DNA of 20,000 bases from an uncultured virus (IMG/VR IMGVR_UViG_2061766007_000689) (Duplodnaviria; Heunggongvirae; Uroviricota; Caudoviricetes). This document shows positions 5,745 to 14,559 of this stretch, piece by piece. Positions within the stretch are counted from its first letter, which is position 1. Each line of letters opens with the position of its first letter. The DNA lies in the IMG/VR virus record IMGVR_UViG_2061766007_000689, one strand, 5' to 3'. The notes under the pieces are model-generated. The model did no database searches. It was not told the origin of the DNA and worked only from the letters and a program-made list of their open reading frames with translations. A program made the translations under genes and the position numbers.

Positions 5745-7943
5745 ATGGGAAGATCTAATAGAGTGGAAGGAAACATTAATAAGATGAGCAGGCTCATCGA
5801 AAGAGTGCGCGCTGCACAGGATGAGTTTGAGCAGCAGATAGCGTCTGCGGATGCAGCAGTAGCAGCATATGACGATTATCTGAGAAAGCTTGAAGCTAAG
5901 CGTCAGAATGAATATAAGCAGGATACGGCTGATGCACGTGCATCAGGTAGGATTATACCGTTTGATGAGTGGCTTGAAAGCAAGGCTCCTCCTATGACGG
6001 AGGAAGAGTTTATTGCCAGACGTACTAAAAAGGTGGCACAGCTGTCGGAAGCCATGAACCGTGCGCAGGCTATTGTAGGACGTAAGAAAGGCAGCCTTAA
6101 GAATATTACTAAGGCAGAGTATGTCAGGTTCCAGCATGACCTTGCAACAATCAGGGACTGCAGTCGCTGGCTGAATGGTGAGGAAAAGGCTTTGGGCAAA
6201 CGTCTGTATAGCTTTTTGAATGAAAGGGAAGGCTCTATCACAGGTATGAGTGATACATATGATGAGGGTCGTGTACTTAATGCAAGTCCGTTCTCTGAGA
6301 AGTGGAATAAGATGTTTGAACGGTACAGACAGGGGCTTGACGATGTTGACAAATACATTAAGGATAAAGCTGCAAAGAGTGTTACCACAAGTAACACGGT
6401 TGGTTTAGACAGGGGCAGTGGCTCATCTTCAAAGGACAGTAGTGTAGGCTCTATACCGGGTGTAGGTGACATTACAAGCATAGAGCGTGTAGGTTCATTG
6501 CGGTTGGGTGATGTACCTGAGGCAGAAGCTTATATCGTAAAGAGGAATCATCCTTCAAAGACTTACTATGTCACAAAGATTGATGAAGGTGACGGTACGC
6601 CGCATATTGAAGTGCATGAGCTCAGAAGAAATGGTTCTGATGGCGGTACAGATGTGTACTCAAAGAACATGCAGGACATACGTGACCTGAAGCATGAACG
6701 GGCTGAGAAGCTTAAGGACCTGCGCAAGGCATATCAGAAGGCTAAGCGTAAGGATGATGTTGAGACAATGGCACAGATTGAAGGTGACATTAAGGAAGTC
6801 TCTGAGCCTTACAACAAGCAGATTGATGAGCTGTCCCGTGCAGCTTCTAAAACGCTTGGCGATAGTGCATACAGCTTGGGTGATATGGTAGGGTACTTTC
6901 CTACAGGTAATTTTGGCGGTGTATTCAGTGTAATTGAATCTAACCCTCTGGGTGCGAATAACAAGTGGCTTTACAGGGAAAATGTAAGGCAGGCAGTGGA
7001 GAATGCACGTAAAAAGCAGCAGTACAGTAAGTATATCGGCATGAATGTAGATGATGTGGCTGCCAAGAATGATTACAAGCTTGAGAACTTCTTGGATGCG
7101 CTTGATGAGGCAGGATACGCTGTTGACAGCGGTACGCGGCTCATAGATACTAAGGATTCAGTAAAGAATCCTATGCTTGCAGGAAAGGCACGTAACAAGG
7201 ATGTTCTCTTGGACAAGATTGCTGCAGGCGAGCAGACGCTTCTTGACAAGCCTCTGAGTACAACTGATAGGATGGACAGGGTAACGGATAAGACTGTGGC
7301 ACCGAAGCAGTCAAGGCAGGTGGCTATGAAGGCTAAGGCAGACAGGCTTGACAGTGGGGCTGAGAAGTATGCTGCGAAGTTTAAGGACCAAGACTTTGTA
7401 GACTATATGAACAACCAGATAAACATGGCTAAGGTGCAGGATTTTACTGACGAGGATATAGCAGAGCTCAAGCCTGACTGGGAGCAGGCTTTTTATGACG
7501 GCGGTTTGTGGGAGCAGGAGTACAAGCCTAAGCATCTTAAGAACTACTATGACAGTGCCCGGGAAAGCTCACATGGTCGTGACAGCAGTAAGCCTAAGCC
7601 TGTGGAGCTTAACAAGCTTATACAGAGCAGCAAGGAAAAGGTTCAGGGTAGTAAGCGCAGTAAGTCTACGGCTGAGTCTACGGCTGAGTCTACAACTGAG
7701 TCTACAACTGCAGAGCTTGGTGACAAGCTGCTTAAGGACATGCCAAATGTGTCTTCAACAAAGACTGAGACCAAGGCTGACGGCAGCACTGTAACTAAGA
7801 CTACGGTACAGCCTGAGAATAAGGTTGAGGAAAAGAAACCTGAGAAGAAACCAGCTGAGAAGAAACCAGCTGAGAAGAAGGACACTGTCACACTTAACAG
7901 CAATGTAATTGGTGCGCTTAACAGGGCACCGGGGGCAGACTGA
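5745..7943 (+). CDS. Large charged hypothetical protein (732 aa) with low-complexity C-terminus
   Basis: TAGGAG RBS; Lys/Asp/Glu-rich, coiled-coil-like N-terminus; STAE and KKPAE repeats. Confidence 0.85.
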   Translation: MGRSNRVEGNINKMSRLIERVRAAQDEFEQQIASADAAVAAYDDYLRKLEAKRQNEYKQDTADARASGRIIPFDEWLESKAPPMTEEEFIARRTKKVAQLSEAMNRAQAIVGRKKGSLKNITKAEYVRFQHDLATIRDCSRWLNGEEKALGKRLYSFLNEREGSITGMSDTYDEGRVLNASPFSEKWNKMFERYRQGLDDVDKYIKDKAAKSVTTSNTVGLDRGSGSSSKDSSVGSIPGVGDITSIERVGSLRLGDVPEAEAYIVKRNHPSKTYYVTKIDEGDGTPHIEVHELRRNGSDGGTDVYSKNMQDIRDLKHERAEKLKDLRKAYQKAKRKDDVETMAQIEGDIKEVSEPYNKQIDELSRAASKTLGDSAYSLGDMVGYFPTGNFGGVFSVIESNPLGANNKWLYRENVRQAVENARKKQQYSKYIGMNVDDVAAKNDYKLENFLDALDEAGYAVDSGTRLIDTKDSVKNPMLAGKARNKDVLLDKIAAGEQTLLDKPLSTTDRMDRVTDKTVAPKQSRQVAMKAKADRLDSGAEKYAAKFKDQDFVDYMNNQINMAKVQDFTDEDIAELKPDWEQAFYDGGLWEQEYKPKHLKNYYDSARESSHGRDSSKPKPVELNKLIQSSKEKVQGSKRSKSTAESTAESTTESTTAELGDKLLKDMPNVSSTKTETKADGSTVTKTTVQPENKVEEKKPEKKPAEKKPAEKKDTVTLNSNVIGALNRAPGAD
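7665..7712 (+). repeat. Four 12-nt in-frame repeats (STAE STAE STTE STTA)
   Basis: tctacggctgag x2, tctacaactgag, tctacaactgca. Confidence 0.9.
7833..7880 (+). repeat. Lys/Pro/Glu repeats KKPE-KKPAE-KKPAE-KK
   Basis: gagaagaaaccagct occurs twice exactly, plus a shorter variant. Confidence 0.85.
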
Positions 7944-8278
7944 TGAGAAATAAAAAGGATATAAAGCATAAGGTGAAGCAGCCGAGTCTGCTCAGGCAGC
8001 TTCTGGCGATACACATGGAGCAGGCTAAGCGTCACAAGGCGCTGCGCCTGTTGTCACAGCAGGTGTGGTCGGTGGAGTTTTTGGAATACCTTGTGGAGCA
8101 TGCCTCTAAGATGAATGGCAGGGAGATAAGTCTGCTTATAGAGGATGCCGATGGTCGTAAGCTTACTATAAGGTCTTCGGGCAGGGCAAATCCGCTTGAG
8201 TACGATGACAACATATTCAACCATCTGGATGACCAGAACGCTGTGAATGCGTTCATAGCACAGAACAGCAGGAGATAG
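7943..8278 (+). CDS. Hypothetical protein (111 aa)
   Basis: TGATG stop/start overlap with the upstream gene; ends 2 nt before the portal start. Confidence 0.8.
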   Translation: MRNKKDIKHKVKQPSLLRQLLAIHMEQAKRHKALRLLSQQVWSVEFLEYLVEHASKMNGREISLLIEDADGRKLTIRSSGRANPLEYDDNIFNHLDDQNAVNAFIAQNSRR

Positions 8279-8280
8279 GC

Positions 8281-9951
8281 ATGCCTAGAGTACGTATAAA
8301 TGGTTTGGAATATGTCTTCGACCCTGTGGAGCAGGTGAACAGACCTACGCTGTATCCGGGCGAAGAGATTGATAACTGGGATGTGCCTAAGGAATATTCC
8401 AGTGTGTTCACTAGGCTGAACTTGATTATTGAGACGAAGTATTCTAAGGAATACCTCAAGATATGTGCGTTTTACAACAAGATGTTCCCAAGTCTTAACA
8501 GCAGTGACTATAACCGTGTATCGTATAATGCCTCGGCGTTTACAAGGATGGAGCAGGAGCATACTGATACGGGTACTGGTGTAAGTAACAACTATCTTAA
8601 GCAGATAGTTGACCAAGTGACATCACGGCTTGGAACGATTAAGTTTGTACCATACCTGTTGTCCGAAGACCAGAACTATGAGTACATTGTGTACAAGGAT
8701 GAGGTTGAGAGAATATTGCGCATGTACATTAACAAGGACGGCTTTGCAGAGAAATGTACTGAGGTGTTCCATGATGCTGCCGTATTGTGTTATTCACATG
8801 CCTTCATTAACCCGTTCACTGACAGCCTTGTCAAGGCAAATGACTATGAGATAGGTATCTTTGAGAGTCAGGCTAACAACGGTAAGGTACGTCAGATGCT
8901 TTACCGTAACTATGCGATGCCTGTAGTGGAAGTGTATCCGTACATAGAGCATATGTCGGAAGAACGGCAGAAGGAAATTGTTGACAGTGTTCAGGATATG
9001 ACATCTGTAGACCTGTGCATGCTCTTTGACTGTACTGAGCATAAATGTGTGGTGTCTATCAACGGTAAGTTTCTTGACCCTGTGGATTATAATTTTGACG
9101 AAGTTCTTGTGGCATCTATGCGTTGGGACACAGGCTTTTGTGCCGCAACGTCGAGCTCGCTGTTTGACCTTCTCTACCCTCTGCAGAGGGAGATAAACAA
9201 GATATGTGCCAAGCAGCAGCAGCTTATACGTAACTACAAGGGCGCTACGCCTGTATTCAGTTCCGATGTAGAGCTTGCCGTGAAAGCTATAACTAATGGT
9301 TCGGGTGAGTGTCTGTTTGTTGACAACCAGCGTCCGATGGATACGCTGATGACCGTGATTAATCCTACTCCGCTTGACCCTGAGCTTTCAGGGGTAATAA
9401 GCGAGTATGAGTCTGCTATGTACAAGCTTGCAGGTATACAGAACGCAAGCTTTGATATGAATAACATGCGCAGTGCTGCTGCAGTAGTTGCACTTGACCA
9501 GACACGTGACTCCGTGTTTCAGGCACAGCTTCAGGGTTTCTCAAGCTTCATTGCCAAGGCTCTGAAACTGTACATCAACTATAATGCGGTGACCAAGGGT
9601 GCGGACGGTGACAGGATGGACTGGACGGCTGTGAAGAAGCTTATTGATACAGCATACATAGACCTGAAGCCTGTGCATCTTAATGACCCTCTGTCTGACG
9701 AGGACAAGTCAAGGCAGGAGCCTATTGACTATATGCAGCTGTGTATAGCCAAGACCGTGCTCAGGGTAATTAAGGGCGAGATTACGTTTGATACGCTTCC
9801 ATACTATGTTGACTGGAAGCAGGTGGCTATGATGCTTGCGGTGACTATGGTTAAACTGGAAGCTTTGGGAATAGAGGTGCCGGATGCGGTGCACAAGTTC
9901 CTTATGGCAGCTTTCGTTGAAAGTATTAAGATAGGTGAGGTTCAGATATGA
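8281..9951 (+). CDS. Portal protein (556 aa), podovirus/P22-like by inference
   Basis: Size and position after terminase; NNYLKQIVDQVTSRL helix; LYPLQREINK and SAAAVVALDQ segments in positions typical of portals; AGGAG RBS. Confidence 0.72.
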   Translation: MPRVRINGLEYVFDPVEQVNRPTLYPGEEIDNWDVPKEYSSVFTRLNLIIETKYSKEYLKICAFYNKMFPSLNSSDYNRVSYNASAFTRMEQEHTDTGTGVSNNYLKQIVDQVTSRLGTIKFVPYLLSEDQNYEYIVYKDEVERILRMYINKDGFAEKCTEVFHDAAVLCYSHAFINPFTDSLVKANDYEIGIFESQANNGKVRQMLYRNYAMPVVEVYPYIEHMSEERQKEIVDSVQDMTSVDLCMLFDCTEHKCVVSINGKFLDPVDYNFDEVLVASMRWDTGFCAATSSSLFDLLYPLQREINKICAKQQQLIRNYKGATPVFSSDVELAVKAITNGSGECLFVDNQRPMDTLMTVINPTPLDPELSGVISEYESAMYKLAGIQNASFDMNNMRSAAAVVALDQTRDSVFQAQLQGFSSFIAKALKLYINYNAVTKGADGDRMDWTAVKKLIDTAYIDLKPVHLNDPLSDEDKSRQEPIDYMQLCIAKTVLRVIKGEITFDTLPYYVDWKQVAMMLAVTMVKLEALGIEVPDAVHKFLMAAFVESIKIGEVQI

Positions 9952-10115
9952 CATATTTGGTAGCGGCTGTTGCAGGTGCTGTTATACTTGCTGTATTGAT
10001 TTTGATAAAGCCGCGTTGTCCTAGATGTGGAGGAAAGTTGCATAGTACATTTTCTGACATGACTTTTGACAAGTTGGTGTATAAGTGCAGCAAGTGTGGT
10101 GAGGAGTATATTTAA
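9948..10115 (+). CDS. Small membrane-anchored zinc-ribbon protein (55 aa; not in ORF track)
   Basis: MTYLVAAVAGAVILAVLILIKPRCPRCGGKLHSTFSDMTFDKLVYKCSKCGEEYI; ATGA overlap with the portal stop and TAATG overlap with the next gene. Confidence 0.8.
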   Translation: MTYLVAAVAGAVILAVLILIKPRCPRCGGKLHSTFSDMTFDKLVYKCSKCGEEYI

Positions 10116-13100
10116 TGGAAGGCGGTCAGAGATACGACATCAATCTTTCCTCAGGGCTCAATGCAAGCTCAAATGACATGCTTGTGCCTGTAATGCAGGC
10201 TACGTTCCTGCATAACTGGCAGAAGTATCAGGGCAAGTATGCTGCGAGCTCGCTGCGCTTTGAGCATAACGGCTGGGCTGCAGGGTGGGACGTGTTCACG
10301 CTTGAATATGATGACGTTGTGAAGGTACATGCAGTTGACGTGCGTAAGCCTGACAAGGACTCTGTGATTGGTGTTCTTGACCCTGCCAAGGAGTACCAGC
10401 TTATCAAGCAGCAGTGGAACAGTACGGTTGAGGTTGAGAACTACTGGTGGGTAGATGACACCCACATCCTTGAGCTTGGTACGGATAAGTTCATTCTGAA
10501 GCGCCGTGGAAGCGGCGTGGATGACTGGAACGGCGATGAATGGGTAAAGATATATGAAGTACCGCGTACTGACATACTCAGGAACGCTAGGGATGTGCAC
10601 ACGTGTACGAATACATTTGATACGCCTCTTCCGGGCTTGTTCCTTGTGTTCGAGGAAACAACACGTAATACTGTCGTGTGCAGGGTGTACAGTGTGCTTG
10701 ATGGCATGAAGCTTAGGGGCGAGGTGTCTTTTGTCATCCGCAGGCATGCTCTTGGAACGGTTCTCAACGATATGTCGCTGTCAGGCAGGACGGCGTATTT
10801 TAATACATACGCGGATATAACTGCAGGTCAGCTCATTACTCAGGCTGAATGGTCGAATACGGTGACTGACGGCAGGCTTATGATAGGCTGCCATCTTGGA
10901 AAGAACTATGACCAGTGGACCGCGATGTTTGACTACAACAGCCTTGCATGTCAGATGGTTGTGCAAGGTTACGGATACGTAGGCATCAATGGTGACCTTA
11001 CTGGTGGCGAGATTCCTACAAAATATTTTGCTGCGGACAGAGGTTTTACTGGTAAGGTTGACTATATAACTAAGCTTGCAAAGGCTGTGGACAGGCATGC
11101 TGCGGATGACAGGTATAAGATTCAGAATGCTGCTGAGATTGAGAATGTTACGGAGCAGATTGTAGGTACACATGAGCGTCAGTGGTATATCTCTAAGACA
11201 GTATCCGGTATAGTAAGTCATCTTACGTATTCAGGTGGAAGCTGGCATGTAGTCAATCTTCCCATAACGAACAACTATGATGCGATATATGATTCTCCGT
11301 CATACCAGATGTCACGTATGGGTGACGCATTTCCACACATCTATTCACTTATGGATTTATTCTTGGATGACCCTCACGGTGCGGCTGCTATTGCAAGTAA
11401 AATTTTTGGCATTATATCAGCTGATTGGATTTTTATGCTTAGTCCTAGGTTCACTGAGCTTGTATATCTTCAGCAGACATTGGGACAGTATGCTTATGTG
11501 CATTATAACAGCAGTGAGGTCATGGAGAAGCCTGAGCCTGAAAGTACGGCTGATGACAATAGGATGGACAGCAAGCGTCTTGTTGACAAGACACCTGCTC
11601 CGACACTCAGGGATACGTATTCTTTTGATAAGCAGATTGTGGAGCAGGAAGGTTCTGCGAGCAATAATATCGCGCGTGGGGGTGTGTTCTTTGCGCTTAT
11701 GCTTGCAGGGAGCAAGGGTCTTGCTCAGACTGCAGCGAACTTGGACCTTAATGGTACGATAAATAAGAGTACGGTGTTTGATACTGGTAAGCAGTTTTGT
11801 CAGAATACGCTTGAGAATGTGGCGGAGCTTCTGCCTATGGCACTGTTCTCTAGGGGGCGTGACATAGCTCTTACAAGCCGTGTAGTAGGTATAAAGCTGC
11901 TTGATATGTTCTACTCGACTAGTGAGAGACAGGAGATACAGGCAGGTCCGGGATTCGTTGAGCATCGCTTTGTTGCACAGTGTGTGGCACAGTCAAGTAC
12001 CAGTTGTCAGACTGAGGGATTCACAGACCAGATGAGCTGCTGTCTCAAGGAGTTAAGTAAGGTAGCATTTACGCTTGAGCAGATGCTTGAGCAGAAGATG
12101 ATTACATGGCTAACAGAAAGACAGAGTAAGCTTCTTGAGGAGACTACAGCAGTACCTACAAATGCTGAGTTTATTGCCTTAGCAGAAGCTCTTACAGCGA
12201 CTATAGAGATGCTTAGAACTCTTATGGAGAAACAGGAAGCTGCATTTGGACTATTTACAAAGTTTCTTGATAACGTGGTATCGGATGGTGTCACCACTGA
12301 GCGTGCGAGCTCTGTTTCTAGGCATTCATTTGACAATGAGGGTACACACAGGTACGGTGAGAAGAGTGAGACGTTCATGTATCCGTGCTGGGGTGTACCT
12401 GCAGGTGGCGTAGGATACACTGACGAAAAGGTAGAGGCAGTGATTAAGGAATCAAGCTGGAGGCTTGAGCTGGATAACAGCCCTGTAAGGCATAATCCTA
12501 TAGACATTATAAAGAGCTCTTTTATAAAGTTCAGGAGACTGCTTACTACTCCGACGAGTATTTATGACGAAGGTAACGGTAATGTTCCTTTTTATACTGC
12601 TGCATGCCGTGGTAAGTCAGCTGAAGAAGACAGGGTACACCTGCCTGCTGACATGGCTTTNNNNNNNNNNNNNNNNNNNNNNNNNNNNAGGCTTTTAAGA
12701 ATGAAAACATAGGCGTATCAGACCCTGTATTCACTCCGTCACTTTTTCAGGACTACATTGTGGATAAGCGGTGGGAGCTTTCGCAGTGCTGCACATACGG
12801 CAGGGTGCAGTGGGTGACTGTGAAGGACACCAAGCTCATTGACTGTCCTCCTTCAAACATGCGCATTAATGCAGGCTTCTGCGGCGTGGCTTGTTCATAT
12901 ATGGCTGCAGAAGTCAGGAGGGGCTTGAGCAAGAAATACATGAGACCGTGGGCTGTCACGCCGAACGTGCTCGCGTTTAACTGCACGGGCTACAACAGTG
13001 TCTACGAGCGCAGGCTGTACCACTCTTTTGACGGTATATCTTACCGTCTTGTCGAGTGGACGGGTGCGCCGGGCATGAACAAGAATAAGCAGACATATTT

Positions 13101-14502
13101 GTACAGCTTCCAGATAAATGACCGCTTTAAGAGAAGCAACAAGTGCCCTGCGAATGAGCTTATGGGCAATTTCAGCGGTGACCCTGTGCAGGCTGTGGAG
13201 ACAGTTGACAAGCTGTTTACGCAGGTCACAGTCAGCGCGGATGAACGCGGTCTTGAGGCAGGTTTCGTCGGCGAGGATAAGGATTCTGTAAGATGGGCTG
13301 TACCAGTATTCACTGAGCAGGTGAATACCATGCCAGCGGCTTTGCGCACGCTTACGGCTATGCCGCTTGGCGTAGTTGAAGGTGTCACAAGCCTGTGCGT
13401 GGAGCTTGCAAACAACCAGTCAGAGTATAAGGCTCCGCTGTCAGTTGACTTTACCATAGGCAAGACAGTGTACAGGGCTACGGATGACTATATCTGTTCT
13501 GTGACAACAGAAAAAGGTATAGACGTGACCAATGACCTTGTGCCTGTAATAGGTCTCAAGTTCATAGGTTCAACGCCGACGGAGGCTTATTTCTATAGTA
13601 AGGCTACACGCTGCTATTACGTGTTCCAAGGCGGTACTGCCCTTACGAAGTTGGGCATGCTTGAGCGCTTCAGGGACATCCAGAAGGGCTACTGGGACTT
13701 CATCAATCAGGAAGTGGTGTTCCCTTGCCTTATGACCTTCAAGCGTCTGAATCCTGAGGTATCTGACAAGGATACTGAGACGGATAATGTGATTGTTCCG
13801 ATGCTGTCACAGAACAATGTGTCAGGTGAGCTTCCGCCGCCTATCACGACAATCTTTAATGACCGTTCGTGGTACAAGGTTGTTTCCCTGCCGTCGGGTC
13901 TTGTATATCAGGGTCCTAACAGGGTAATCATTAACCGCGACATCTTTGTCGAGTACATGCTTGACGGTATAAAGTATAATCTTGGTAAGTGGAAGAAGAT
14001 GAACCGCAGCAGGTACACTGACAAGCGTGAATATCCTGAGGTGTATGAGTCAGTTACAAAGGATGTCGATGGCGTGGAGGGATGGACGCATAATCCGTTC
14101 CTGCTGGTGACCGCTCCGTTGGGCATGGCTGAGTACGTTGACTGTCTGTTCGAGTGGGAGATTATCTTCTGCTGGACACCTGAGATGGAGCTTATCTATG
14201 GCGTGGATAACTATGCTGTGGTCAATATCTGTGCAGACACTATGGCGAATGGCGGACGGCTGACATCTGAGCCTGTGCATGTGTTCCTGACCAAGGAACT
14301 GTTTACTAATGCAGGTGCCTGTGGCTACTTCTCGTTCAGATTCCAGAGTAAGAACGGTGCAGGTAACCGTGAGATGCTTAAGATATGGTCTGACCAGTAC
14401 ATAGGCGTGTCACAGCTCATATGTGAGGTTAAGCAGGTTACCGAAAGGCGCAGCAGCCAGCTTACGCAGCAGCTTGATACGCAGCAGCTTGAGGAGCTAT
14501 AA
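10115..14502 (+). CDS. Large putative tail/virion structural protein (~1460 aa), one gene interrupted by a scaffold gap
   Basis: Frame open 10115-12660; after the N run the frame of the track's 12760 ORF is already open from 12691 (AFKNENIGVSDPVF...), with no obvious RBS at 12760; beta/aromatic-rich composition. Tail function is inferred. Confidence 0.7.
12661..12688. other. Assembly gap (28 N)
   Basis: Run of n characters in the sequence. Confidence 1.
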
Positions 14503-14559
14503 TAATGTAACATTTACATGCGCCTGTTATAAGGTGCATAGTTTACGGAAGGTTGTTTT

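Noticed and set aside
7881..7943. Similarity of LNSNVIGALNR (732-aa protein) to LQNVVNAVLG (790-aa protein) as a shared targeting signal
   Set aside because: Too short and weak to support without homologue alignments
12661..12760. Programmed frameshift or pseudogene between the 865-aa and 580-aa ORFs
   Set aside because: The frame change coincides with the N gap, whose length is probably an estimate
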